Below are positions 1 through 9,423 of a DNA stretch of 48,272 nt, one piece after another. The notes below the pieces were generated by a model. The model was not told where the DNA came from, searched no databases, and was given only the letters and a program-made list of their open reading frames with translations. The translations under genes were made by a program, and so were the position numbers. The stretch's first letter is position 1, and each line of letters begins with the position of its first letter. The stretch comes from Microcystaceae cyanobacterium (lineage in GTDB: Bacteria; Cyanobacteriota; Cyanobacteriia; Cyanobacteriales; Microcystaceae): assembly GCA_041746575.1 (NCBI GenBank), contig JBGTGT010000102.1:1-48272 (forward strand), written 5' to 3'.

Positions 1-150
1 TTTTTGTGCAGGGGGTGCGGGGGAGGCACTCCGTCCCCCGCTGGGGGGTTTGGGGGGCTAGTCCCCCAATCAAGAATTTGTTTTTCTTTTCCTAATCCCA
101 ACGAGAATGGACAAAAAAATTGAGATAATTGCCCTCGTCGAACTCACGTT
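1..150. mobile_element. MITE-like dispersed repeat, copy 1 (left part outside the window)
   Basis: Near-identical to 11335-11444. Ends in GTCGAACTCACGTT (137-150), the reverse complement of AACGTGAGTTCGAC that starts copy 2. Contains G5/C5 hairpins. Confidence 0.8.
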
Positions 151-171
151 AACAATAAATATCAGAAGATA

Positions 172-579
172 TTAATGTGTTTCTTCTCTTCTTCTGACAT
201 ATTCCTTCCTCAGAAGGGGAATAGACGCTAAGACAACACCTGTCCCTAAAATCGTTAAGGGCTCAGGGGCTTGAGTCACCGGTTTGGGTTGCTTAGACTT
301 TTTATACTCTGCGATTTTCGTCCTGAGTTGCTCAATTTTGGCGGTCTTTTTTTTCCTTATTGCTTTTGCGAGTTTCTTTTCTAATTTTTTTAAAAAGGAA
401 TCGACCGTCTCTTTAACAATATCAAACAGACCTACCTGCTCCAAAAGAACAGTACGGGAAACACTGGCTTGCGCAAGCGATTTTGTGGGTGATCCTACCA
501 TAATGCTGGCAGTAATAATGGACGCTCCTGTGAGGGTTGCAATGGCTTTTTTCATAGTATGCGACTGAGTTTGTCTCAT
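172..579 (-). CDS. Small PEP-CTERM sorting-domain protein
   Basis: Signal-peptide-like N-terminus (MKKAIATLTG...SLAQ). C-terminal PEPLTILGTG, hydrophobic helix and basic tail. True start may be the second Met. Confidence 0.85.
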   Translation of the reverse strand: MRQTQSHTMKKAIATLTGASIITASIMVGSPTKSLAQASVSRTVLLEQVGLFDIVKETVDSFLKKLEKKLAKAIRKKKTAKIEQLRTKIAEYKKSKQPKPVTQAPEPLTILGTGVVLASIPLLRKEYVRRREETH

Positions 580-839
580 TTAGTTGGTTTTTTCGGATTG
601 ATATCTTAACACGTCTATCTTTTTGACCTATTGGTGAGGGAGACAGGGTGATAATCGGAAACAATTAAGTAATTTCACTAAAGATTAAGTAATCTTTAGT
701 AAATCGCCTACAAGTCTATACGGTTTCTTTAAAAACGGCAAGCTTTCTAAAGCTTAAAAAAAAATTCCCCGTTCGTTTTCTTTTATACTGACGAAAAAAA
801 CGCTGAGAATTACAATTATCTTTAGTATTCAGTCAATTA

Positions 840-1205
840 TTAAGACTTTTTAAACTTTTCCTTTTTCCGCTTATACTCTTTTTTGAGAAAAGGAAGAGAG
901 GCAAAGGCAACACCTGTCCCTAAAATCGTTAAGGGTTCAGGAACTTCAGTTTGCTTGATTCTTTCAAGGTCTGCGATATCTTTTTTGAGGGATTCAGCTT
1001 TGGCAGTATTTCCATTTTTAAGGGCAACCGCTAGCCGTCTCTGTAATTCTGCAATAGCCTTGCTAAGATAGTCAAGCAGATTGACTTGTTCAAAGGAAGC
1101 GGACAGGGGAATACTCGTTTGAGCAAGGGATTGGGTCGCTGATCCTGCTATCATACTAGCAGCAATGACGAAGGTCCCAGTAAACGTCGCAATTGTTTTT
1201 TTCAT
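840..1205 (-). CDS. Small PEP-CTERM sorting-domain protein (paralogue of 172-579)
   Basis: Signal peptide MKKTIATFTG...SLAQ; VPEPLTILGTG, TM helix and KKEYKRKK tail. 28 bp are identical to the paralogue (234-261 vs 908-935). Confidence 0.88.
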   Translation of the reverse strand: MKKTIATFTGTFVIAASMIAGSATQSLAQTSIPLSASFEQVNLLDYLSKAIAELQRRLAVALKNGNTAKAESLKKDIADLERIKQTEVPEPLTILGTGVAFASLPFLKKEYKRKKEKFKKS

Positions 1206-1409
1206 GATTTGTGACCGATTTCGTTTAGGTGAATCAGCTTTTTGACACGTTCGCTTTTGAGATCAGCAAAACGGTGCTTTTGCTAGAGAGCATTTAAGTA
1301 AATTTAATTAATCTTAAGAAAGATTAACTAAATTTGCCTACGAGTTTATACGGTTTATTTAAAAATGACAAGCTATTAATTTTAGTAAAAATAGAAAATG
1401 ATAAAATTC

Positions 1410-1431
1410 AAAAAGGTGGGATAAACCCACC
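1410..1431 (-). terminator. Intrinsic terminator of the GST-PNPOx-YHS operon
   Basis: GGTGGG-N5-CCCACC hairpin followed by a T tract on the minus strand, just after the YHS pseudogene stop. Confidence 0.65.
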
Positions 1432-1444
1432 CTGTTTAAGTTGC

Positions 1445-1840
1445 TTAAGATTGCTCAAATTCTTCCTTTTGCCATCGCTCATCTGCTTGAGGCTTCAAAT
1501 GGGATTCATCCGCGTCCCGTTAGGGCTTCGTATTATTCATTTCACCATTGGAGAAGAGATACAATTTATCATCTGTGATAGTGTAGGTTTTAGGATTAAT
1601 GGGGACGAGTTTTGCCTCAGTCATCGTCACGGCACAAAATTCTCCATATTATGGTATGTATTTGGCTGATTCTGCTTGCAATATCGTTTTATTGGCTTCA
1701 CTGGCAAATTGCTCAATAGCCCCTTCGTAAAATAGGGTAAGGTTAGGGTTACCTAACGTGGGATGATCCAGAAAGTAAGATACGGGATCGTAACCTTCGA
1801 TAGCAATATCAGAGGGATTGAAATTGATCGGTTTAGACAT
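1445..1840 (-). pseudogene. YHS-domain protein pseudogene (two in-frame TAA stops)
   Basis: AIEGYDPVSYF motif. Reading through the stop at 1649-1651 gives KYIP*YGEFCA (family motif KYxPQYGGFCA, so CAA>TAA), then ITDDKLYLF...TKP*RDADE...ADERW up to the TAA at 1445. Confidence 0.85.
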
Positions 1841-1871
1841 GGTTTTTGCTCCTTTACGCAAGGTCATTGAA

Positions 1872-2462
1872 TTAGGAATCGTATTCAGCTAGTTTTTGCT
1901 CTAATTCATTAATTTGCTGTTTCAATGCTTCTACTTCTTGTTCGGAATAGCGCATAGGGATATGTTGGGGACAGTTCCAATTCCATGCTTCAATCTCAAA
2001 GAGGATAACTCGTTCAATTTCGGCAAAATAATCGGAATCTTGGACTTTTTTCTGTAAAGCAGTGTCGTTTTCGACATAACTGGCTTTTCCCCAAATTTTC
2101 AATCGTTTGCGGTGGCGATAATCCATCAAGAAGAGAAAGGCTTTATCGGTTTCGGATAGGTTGCCGACGGTTACATATTGAACATTTCCTTTGAAATCAG
2201 CAAATCCTAGGGTTTTTTCGGTTAAAATTTTGAGAAATCCGGGCTTTCCACCTCGAAATTGAATGTAGGGATAACCGTTAGCACTCATCGTGCCGAGGTA
2301 AAATCCATCCATTTGACGGATAAATTCAGCAATTTCTGGGGTAACACTATTGTTTTCTGGGCCGGTTTGCTCAAATTTGGCGTAAGTTTCCCGCGAACCC
2401 CGTTCGGTTTGCGCTTGTTTGACGGCAGGAGTAAAGGCGAGTTGGGTGAATTGACGAGGCAT
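1872..2462 (-). CDS. Pyridoxamine 5'-phosphate oxidase-like FMN-binding protein
   Basis: Motifs PYIQFRGGKPGF, FADFKGNVQY, WNCPQHIP. AAGGAGA RBS precedes the ATG at 2462 (MPRQF). Confidence 0.88.
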   Translation of the reverse strand: MPRQFTQLAFTPAVKQAQTERGSRETYAKFEQTGPENNSVTPEIAEFIRQMDGFYLGTMSANGYPYIQFRGGKPGFLKILTEKTLGFADFKGNVQYVTVGNLSETDKAFLFLMDYRHRKRLKIWGKASYVENDTALQKKVQDSDYFAEIERVILFEIEAWNWNCPQHIPMRYSEQEVEALKQQINELEQKLAEYDS

Positions 2463-2485
2463 CTTGCAGTCTCTCCTTTTAAATA

Positions 2486-2501
2486 GATAGAATGTTCGGT
2501 A
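2486..2501. promoter_or_regulatory. Putative TetR operator 3 (degenerate), upstream of the PNPOx gene
   Basis: GATAGAATGTTCGGTA shares the GTTCGGTA half-site with the operators at 3163 and 3230. Confidence 0.5.
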
Positions 2502-2531
2502 CATAAAATACCGAAAAAAAGATTGAAGGTT

Positions 2532-3134
2532 TTAGGAAATGCCTTGCATCGTAACGTAACCGGATAACTGTTTAATGCGGTCAATCCATGCTAATACGTA
2601 GGGATAGGGGGTTAAATCAATTTTACCGTCAGGCGCAAGAGCAACGTAGGGAAAAACGGCGATGTCTGCAATGGTGGGACGGTTAAATTCTAACCACTGG
2701 CGGTTACTAAGGTGTTTATCGAGTTGGGTGAGAACAAATTGAGATTTTTGGGTTGCTCGCTCAATATTAATACTTTTCACGTTGAATAGATAATACAGCC
2801 GAGCATTTTCAACCCCTTGGCGTACTTCTCCTGCTGTAGTAGATAACCAACGGACGACTTGACTTAAGGAAACAGTATCTAAGGGTAACCAATCTTTACG
2901 CCCATATTGCCGTGCGAGATAGACTAAAATGGCTTGAGCATCAGTAATGACGGTGTTGCCATCGACTAAGACGGGAACTTGACCAAAAGGATTCAACGCC
3001 AGAAATTCAGGAGTTTTCTGTTCGCCGCTCATTAAATCGACACGAATCCATTCAAAATCAAGCTCAAGTAGGGATAAAAAGAGTTTCACTTTGTAGCTGT
3101 TGCCGGAGCGTTCATGTCCGTAAAGTTTAATCAT
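2532..3134 (-). CDS. Glutathione S-transferase family protein
   Basis: SGNSYKV, LNPFGQVPVLVD, DAQAILVYLA, PTIADIA motifs. GAGG RBS precedes the ATG at 3134. Confidence 0.93.
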   Translation of the reverse strand: MIKLYGHERSGNSYKVKLFLSLLELDFEWIRVDLMSGEQKTPEFLALNPFGQVPVLVDGNTVITDAQAILVYLARQYGRKDWLPLDTVSLSQVVRWLSTTAGEVRQGVENARLYYLFNVKSINIERATQKSQFVLTQLDKHLSNRQWLEFNRPTIADIAVFPYVALAPDGKIDLTPYPYVLAWIDRIKQLSGYVTMQGIS

Positions 3135-3162
3135 GGATTTGTCCTCTAAGTTAAAAGAAGTG

Positions 3163-3188
3163 TACCGTTCGTTCGGTAAAGTTGTCAA
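3163..3188 (-). promoter_or_regulatory. GST promoter (-35 TTGACA) with a TetR operator in the spacer
   Basis: Palindrome TACCG-N6-CGGTA (3163-3178) lies between TTGACA (3188-3183) and a TACACT -10-like box on the minus strand. Confidence 0.7.
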
Positions 3189-3229
3189 GGGCTTTGCTTG
3201 ACTTTTTGAGACGTTCTCAACCAAACTTA

Positions 3230-3245
3230 CACCGACTGTTCGGTA
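3230..3245. promoter_or_regulatory. Putative TetR operator upstream of tetR (autoregulation)
   Basis: CACCG-ACTGTT-CGGTA overlaps a TATACT -10-like box. Confidence 0.65.
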
Positions 3246-3281
3246 TACTCAAAAGTGTGGTAATCGAAAAATTCTAAATTT

Positions 3282-3845
3282 ATGTCTAAAGAGAAGTATA
3301 TTCCCATTTTACTGCAACTATTCCGAGAATACGGCTACGATGGCGCAAGTTTATCCAAAATTTCCCAAGCAACGGGATTAGGAAAAGCAAGTTTGTATCA
3401 TCACTTCCCCGGTGGCAAAGAAGAAATGATGGATTCGGTGCTAGATTTTTTGGCACAAGCATTAGAAAATGGCGTTATCAAAACACTAAAAGGTAAAGGA
3501 GACTGTCTATCTCGCTTTAAGAAGATGTGCCAAGTCCTCAATGACTTATATGAAGAAGGGAAGCAACCTTGTGTTTTTGCCATTTTGTTGTCAGGTTCAG
3601 CAAGAGATACTTTTCATCAGAGAGTAAGCAGATTATGGATACTGTGGCTTAATGAAATGATGAACGTTCTGATTGAAGCAGGATTTACCGAAAAACAAGC
3701 AAAAGAGAGAAGCGAAGCTGTGGTGATCGCCATTCAAGGGTCTTTAATCTTAGCACAAGGATTAAGAGATCCCGCACCATTTAAGCGCATGATTGAGCAA
3801 TTACCGGCACAAATCTGTCAATCTCATCCTCCGATAACGATTTGA
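3282..3845 (+). CDS. TetR/AcrR family transcriptional regulator
   Basis: N-terminal HTH GYDGASLSKISQATGLGKASLYHHFPGGKEE; divergent from the GST operon. Confidence 0.93.
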   Translation: MSKEKYIPILLQLFREYGYDGASLSKISQATGLGKASLYHHFPGGKEEMMDSVLDFLAQALENGVIKTLKGKGDCLSRFKKMCQVLNDLYEEGKQPCVFAILLSGSARDTFHQRVSRLWILWLNEMMNVLIEAGFTEKQAKERSEAVVIAIQGSLILAQGLRDPAPFKRMIEQLPAQICQSHPPITI

Positions 3846-3981
3846 AGGGATGTTACAACTTATGCCCGAAAACACAAGGTCGCAAAAGATTACGGTAAAC
3901 TCGTAAAAGAAAGGGTCTAGGGATAAAAAGAAATTATCCCATCTTTCCTAAATCCCTCATCAGTGTTTAATTTTAGCTATC

Positions 3982-4569
3982 GTGACTAATAGTAATAATC
4001 CTGAACTCGAACCGTTAACCCGTAATCAAATTTTAGTTGTTATGGGAGTCACTGCCGTTATTTTGCTGATTGTTGCAAAAGTTTGGCAGTTTTTAGGCTC
4101 AGTTTCTCTGCTTTCATGGCATTTTAACTCTCAATCTTTTGGCATTGGTTTCTTACTCGCTTTAGGTATTATTATCGCTAGTAGTATCGTGTACCGTCTA
4201 TGGCCAGCTTATCGTCAAAGTGCGGATGCTTACCTAGAATTAGTAATAAAACCATTAATTTGGCCGGATTTAATCTGGTTAGGCTTATTACCGGGGTTAA
4301 GCGAAGAATTACTCTTTCGAGGGGTGATGTTACCTGCGTTTGGACTGAATGGCATTGCCTTAGTGATTTCGAGTTTGATTTTTGGTATTCTTCATCTTAG
4401 TAGCTCTCAACAGTGGCCGTATGTAGTCTGGGCGACGGCTGTGGGCTTTGTTTTGGGCTATAGTGCTTTAATGACGGGAAATCTTCTTGTTCCGATTGTG
4501 GCACACATTGTTACGAATCTTGCCTCTAGTAGTCTTTGGAAACTGAATAGACTGCGGACAGAAAGCTAA
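3982..4569 (+). CDS. CPBP (CAAX/Abi) family intramembrane metalloprotease
   Basis: EELLFRG, FGILH and AHIVTN motifs; several TM segments; GTG start. Confidence 0.9.
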   Translation: MTNSNNPELEPLTRNQILVVMGVTAVILLIVAKVWQFLGSVSLLSWHFNSQSFGIGFLLALGIIIASSIVYRLWPAYRQSADAYLELVIKPLIWPDLIWLGLLPGLSEELLFRGVMLPAFGLNGIALVISSLIFGILHLSSSQQWPYVVWATAVGFVLGYSALMTGNLLVPIVAHIVTNLASSSLWKLNRLRTES

Positions 4570-4588
4570 TTTTTTAGGATAATACCCT

Positions 4589-5035
4589 ATGGATGTTCAA
4601 TTTCGGGAATTTGACCCCTTCAATGTCTGGATTTGGTGGGAGTTTGAAACGATTCCTTCGGCAATGGAAAAACAGTATGTCGAAGAATTATTTGACTCAT
4701 GGTTTTATTTAGGAAAGTTAGGCGGATTTAATGCAGAAAATTTGCAAGTTCAAGAGATGGGAATTGACATCAGTTATATGGATTATGAGGGGGATAATAC
4801 CGCACAAAGTTTGATGGCACCGATGCACAATATGGGGGAATTTCAGTATCATCAAACATGGGGACGCTGTTGGTTTGATCTCGGCACCAGTGATTTAATG
4901 GCTTTGGATGTTTTGATTAATTCTCTGCGTCAACTGAATCAAGATTATGTTACGCTTAAACGCTTAACGATTGGGGGAGAAAATGAAGATTGGCCGATTG
5001 ATAGTAGCCAGTCATCTCTATTTGCCGACAATTAA
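4589..5035 (+). CDS. Conserved cyanobacterial protein (DUF3531-like)
   Basis: WFYLGKLGGFNAENLQ and WGRCWFDLGTSD motifs, recognised from memory. Confidence 0.75.
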   Translation: MDVQFREFDPFNVWIWWEFETIPSAMEKQYVEELFDSWFYLGKLGGFNAENLQVQEMGIDISYMDYEGDNTAQSLMAPMHNMGEFQYHQTWGRCWFDLGTSDLMALDVLINSLRQLNQDYVTLKRLTIGGENEDWPIDSSQSSLFADN

Positions 5036-5050
5036 TTAAACAAAAATAAA

Positions 5051-7981
5051 ATGGTTGCTTCTTGTTTTCTTCTGATTGATGGTCATTCCCTTGCCTTTCG
5101 CGCTTATTATGCGTTTACAATGTCTAAAAGTGGCGCACTAAGAACGAAAACAGGAATTCCTACCAGCGTGTGTTTTGGGTTTTTAACTTCCTTATTGCAA
5201 GTGATTCAAGCACAAAAACCCGATTATTTAGCCATTGCTTTTGATCGTACAGAACCCACTTTTCGGCACAAAGCAGACGAAAAATATAAAAGCGATCGCA
5301 AAGAAACACCCGAAGATTTTATCCCAGATTTAGCGAATTTACAAGACCTTTTATCAGCGTTAAATTTACAAACTGTTACGGCTATAGGCTATGAAGCCGA
5401 TGATGTGATTGGCACCTTAGCGACTCAGGCCAGTGTAGCAGGATATGAGGTGAAAATTGTCAGTGGCGACCGAGATTTATTTCAGTTAGTCAGTAAACTC
5501 AAAAAGATTAGTGTAATCTATTTAGAAAGAAATGCGGTCAAGAGTGCTTCTGCTGCTAATTATACTGAGTTTCAAGAGGAAGAAGTAATCGCAAAGTTGG
5601 GAGTTAAACCGTCTCAAGTCGTGGATTATAAAGCGTTATGTGGCGATAAGTCTGATTGTATTGCGGGGGTATTGGGAATTGGCGAAAAAACGGCCGTTAA
5701 ATTATTACAAGAACATCCCAGTTTAGAGAAAATCTATGAGAATATTGAGCAAATTAAGGGAACTGTTCAAAAAAAGTTAATGGCAGGGAAAACATCGGCC
5801 TTTCATTCTCGATATTTGGCGGAAATTATCACCGATGCACCCCTAGAATTGAAGTTAGAAGACTGCAAATTACAGGGATTTGAGATTGATCAAATTAAAC
5901 CTTTATTAGAAAAGTTAGAACTGAATAAGTTTCTTCAACAAATTAATAAAATTCAGCACCAATTAGGGGGAGAGCATATTTCTGCTTCTGAGGTTGTGCC
6001 TGAACTAAAAATAGAGAATGCCACGTCTCAACAGTTATCTTTATTTGACACCCCTAAAACGGAAACATTGCTAACCTCAGTCAACATTAATGATGAATCT
6101 TCTCAAAAGCGTGAGACTTTCCCCCAGATTACTCCTCAAATTATCACAACCCTTGAGCAATTAACTGAATTAATTCAAACCTTAAAATCACACCCGAATT
6201 CACAATATCCTGTTGCTTGGGATACAGAAACCACTGCGTTAAACCCCAGAGATGCAGAATTAGTGGGAATAGGCTGTTGTTGGGGAAGTCAACCCAATGA
6301 AGTTGCCTATATTCCGATTGGACATATCGAAGGCAATCAACTTGATAAAAAAACGGTATTAACGGCTTTATCTGCCATTTTAGAAAGCGAAAATTATCCT
6401 AAAGCGTTTCAGAATACGAAATTTGATCGCCTCATTTTTAAGCATCAAGGAATTAACCTTAAAGGTGTGGTTTTTGATACCATGTTAGCCAGTTACGTTT
6501 TCCATCCTGAATATCGTCATAACTTAGGGGAACTTTGTCAGCGTTACCTTCCCGAAATAACCGCGCAAAGCTATAAAGAATTAGGAATTGCTAAGGGGAA
6601 AACAATAGCGGATTTGTCTATTGATATAGTCGCTAATTATTGTGGCATGGATGCCTATGCGACCTTTAATCTGGTTCCCATTTTAAGCCAAGAATTAAAG
6701 ACCGCTCCTCAATTATATCAACTGCTCTTGGAAGTAGAACAACCCTTAGAACCTGTTTTATCAGAAATGGAAAACACAGGAATTAAAATTAACACGAAAT
6801 ATTTAAAAGAACTTTCTCAACAACTGGCAAAAGAATTACACAAAATCGAAGCTCAAGCTTATCAAGAAGCAGAAGAAACCTTTAACTTGAGTTCACCGAA
6901 ACAATTAGGGGTTATTTTATTTGAAAAATTGGGTTTAGATAAACAAAAAACCCGTAAAACAAAAACAGGATATTCGACCAATCATGCTACCCTAGAAAAG
7001 CTACGAGGCGACCATCCGATTATTGATAGTATACTTGAATATCGCACGCTATCTAAGCTAAAATCCACCTATGTTGATGCCTTACCTGCCTTAGTTCATC
7101 CTCAAACGCAACGGGTTCATACGACCTTTAATCAAACGGTTACAACAACTGGAAGACTTTCTTCTTCTGATCCTAATTTACAAAATATTCCCATTCGCAC
7201 TGAATTTTCTCGTCAGATTCGTCAAGCATTTATTCCAGAAGATAACTGGTTATTAGTCTCTGCAGATTATTCCCAAATTGAACTAAGAATCTTAGCCCAT
7301 TTTAGTCAAGAACCTGTCTTATTAGAAGCGTATAATCAGAATCAAGATGTGCATCGTGTCACCGCACAATTACTGTTTGATAAAGAAGATATTACCCCGT
7401 TAGAAAGAAACTTAGGGAAAACCATTAACTTTGGGGTAATTTATGGCATGGGAGCGCAACGATTTGCTAGAGAAGCAGGGATGAGTTCTCAAGAAGGAAA
7501 ACGATTTATTGATAAATATCGTCGTCGTTATGCTCAAGTTTTTAACTATTTAGAAAATACCAAAAAAGAAGCGATCGCACAAGGTTTTGTGACGACAATT
7601 TTGGGGAGAAGGCGTTACTTCGAGTTAGGGGATGAAAAACTCAAACAATTTAAAGGACAAGATTCAGCTACTCTTAATTTAGATGACTTAGAGATTAACT
7701 ATATGGATGCACAATTGTTACGAGCGGCCGCTAACGCACCCATTCAAGGCTCAAGTGCAGATATTATTAAAATAGCGATGATAAAACTGGCACAAATTTT
7801 AAAAGATTACCAAGCAAGATTATTGTTACAAGTTCATGACGAATTAGTTTTTGAAATACCGACAGAAGAATGGACTGTTTTAGAAGCTAAAATTAAAACG
7901 ACGATGGAAGAAGCCGTCAAATTAACGGTTCCCCTCAAAGTTGAGATTCACACGGGAAGCAACTGGATGGAAGCAAAATAG
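5051..7981 (+). CDS. polA: DNA polymerase I
   Basis: 5'-3' exonuclease LIDGHSLAFRAY/EADD; 3'-5' exonuclease DTETT; polymerase ADYSQIELR, KTINFGVIYG, QVHDEL. Confidence 0.98.
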   Translation: MVASCFLLIDGHSLAFRAYYAFTMSKSGALRTKTGIPTSVCFGFLTSLLQVIQAQKPDYLAIAFDRTEPTFRHKADEKYKSDRKETPEDFIPDLANLQDLLSALNLQTVTAIGYEADDVIGTLATQASVAGYEVKIVSGDRDLFQLVSKLKKISVIYLERNAVKSASAANYTEFQEEEVIAKLGVKPSQVVDYKALCGDKSDCIAGVLGIGEKTAVKLLQEHPSLEKIYENIEQIKGTVQKKLMAGKTSAFHSRYLAEIITDAPLELKLEDCKLQGFEIDQIKPLLEKLELNKFLQQINKIQHQLGGEHISASEVVPELKIENATSQQLSLFDTPKTETLLTSVNINDESSQKRETFPQITPQIITTLEQLTELIQTLKSHPNSQYPVAWDTETTALNPRDAELVGIGCCWGSQPNEVAYIPIGHIEGNQLDKKTVLTALSAILESENYPKAFQNTKFDRLIFKHQGINLKGVVFDTMLASYVFHPEYRHNLGELCQRYLPEITAQSYKELGIAKGKTIADLSIDIVANYCGMDAYATFNLVPILSQELKTAPQLYQLLLEVEQPLEPVLSEMENTGIKINTKYLKELSQQLAKELHKIEAQAYQEAEETFNLSSPKQLGVILFEKLGLDKQKTRKTKTGYSTNHATLEKLRGDHPIIDSILEYRTLSKLKSTYVDALPALVHPQTQRVHTTFNQTVTTTGRLSSSDPNLQNIPIRTEFSRQIRQAFIPEDNWLLVSADYSQIELRILAHFSQEPVLLEAYNQNQDVHRVTAQLLFDKEDITPLERNLGKTINFGVIYGMGAQRFAREAGMSSQEGKRFIDKYRRRYAQVFNYLENTKKEAIAQGFVTTILGRRRYFELGDEKLKQFKGQDSATLNLDDLEINYMDAQLLRAAANAPIQGSSADIIKIAMIKLAQILKDYQARLLLQVHDELVFEIPTEEWTVLEAKIKTTMEEAVKLTVPLKVEIHTGSNWMEAK

Positions 7982-8234
7982 GTACGTTTTTCCCTAGTAG
8001 TAGGTACGGCTTTCTGGTGTTTAAATGATCGGTTATGAAGACTAGAATCAGACTATGGGATAAGCGCAATCCTTGTATTGACCGTTAATCTAGTATTACT
8101 CCTGAAGAGTGACAAGCGATCGCTAAACGCAGAATTAAGGTCTTCTCTATGAATGAGTTTAAAGATTCATAATGCGTAGGGGTATATAAGCTTGTTCTAA
8201 ACACTTATTTTTTGCTTTAGTAGGATCACAGACC

Positions 8235-9269
8235 ATGGCTTTCAACAATTCTTTTATCAATATTTTTAAATCCAATCATTCAATGACATCCAAAAATGAT
8301 CTACGCTCCCCTGACGGCGACGAAGATACTTCTGTAAAAGGACTTTCGGAAAAGACAGATTTTTTGCAAAAATGGTCAAGTCGTTCTAAATCATTCAATC
8401 TGAAGCAATCAGCACAAAATTTATCCCATAATATTGACAGTATTGTCCATAAAGCTATTCATAACGAACGTTTGCGAAGCTTGAAATTACCCTCATTTTA
8501 CTTTCAATCTTTTTTCAACTTTTTTCAGTCAAAATTACCGAGCAACGCAATAGAAAAAACGAATATTTCTCGGAAAACCTTACAAGATTTAAAAGAAATA
8601 AAGGTTCCTTCTCCCAATCAGTTTCAATCCTTTTTGTTATCTTTACGAGAAAAATGGACACCCCACCGTTCAGAAATTACTGAGGTTGAAGTTATTCAGT
8701 CTAATTCGTCTCCCCCTAATCAGTTAAAACGTATTTTTGATAAATTGACGCCATCCCAAACCGTTGAATCTGTCAAACCCTTAGCAAAGATTGACCATAA
8801 ATTAAGTGAAATGAAATGGTATCGGGTTCAATCTATTTATCATAAAATTTTGCAGAATGTTCAACTTGAAGATGTTGAAAAAATCAACGATCATTTAGAT
8901 AAAATGAATCGAGGCGTTATTCATCCTATTTGGCATAAGGTACAAGCCTTAGCTAATTTGATTCAAGATCCTAAAGCGGCATGGAATGTCAAAACCTTAG
9001 CAGTTGCTACCTTAATTTACTTAATTTCTCCTTTTGATGCCATTCCAGACGTGATTCCTTTTGCAGGTTTAGCTGATGATGCAGCTTTAATTATTGCCGT
9101 CTTTTCAACCTTAAGCAAGGAAGTAGAAAAATACCTAATTCGCCAAGCAGAAAATCGTGCAGAAATTGAAATTCGGAAATATAACAAAATGGTTAAAATT
9201 ACCTTATTAAGCAGTATTGCGGCAGCAGTGATTGCCATTGTTGTCCAGATGGTTTTACGCTCTATATAA
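8235..9269 (+). CDS. YkvA/DUF1232-domain membrane protein with a long N-terminal extension
   Basis: YLISPFDAIPDVIPFAGLADD motif and a C-terminal TM helix. Start codon uncertain. Confidence 0.8.
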   Translation: MAFNNSFINIFKSNHSMTSKNDLRSPDGDEDTSVKGLSEKTDFLQKWSSRSKSFNLKQSAQNLSHNIDSIVHKAIHNERLRSLKLPSFYFQSFFNFFQSKLPSNAIEKTNISRKTLQDLKEIKVPSPNQFQSFLLSLREKWTPHRSEITEVEVIQSNSSPPNQLKRIFDKLTPSQTVESVKPLAKIDHKLSEMKWYRVQSIYHKILQNVQLEDVEKINDHLDKMNRGVIHPIWHKVQALANLIQDPKAAWNVKTLAVATLIYLISPFDAIPDVIPFAGLADDAALIIAVFSTLSKEVEKYLIRQAENRAEIEIRKYNKMVKITLLSSIAAAVIAIVVQMVLRSI

Positions 9270-9423
9270 TCAAAATTTATGGGATTATAATGACGGGTTA
9301 AGACAAGAAAAAAGATAGAGGAATTGAAATTTCGGTTCTTCGTTTAAACAGAGTATAATTAATAAAGACAGAAATCCGAGAACCGGTTATATCTGAAAAC
9401 ATAACAATTTACTGCCGAAAATA

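Noticed and set aside
940..1060. Resemblance of the PEP-CTERM passenger (LQRRLAVALKNGN) to the PirA-like peptide (LAHRLEVAKLSGN)
   Set aside because: Generic helical-hairpin pattern; one protein is exported and the other cytoplasmic, so probably coincidental.
1649..1651. Selenocysteine readthrough in the YHS gene
   Set aside because: The stop is TAA, not TGA, and a second TAA follows.
284..1669. Plus-strand ORFs 284-568, 883-1071, 1334-1669 and minus-strand ORF 422-664
   Set aside because: Antisense or out-of-frame shadows of the PEP-CTERM genes and the YHS pseudogene; no motifs.
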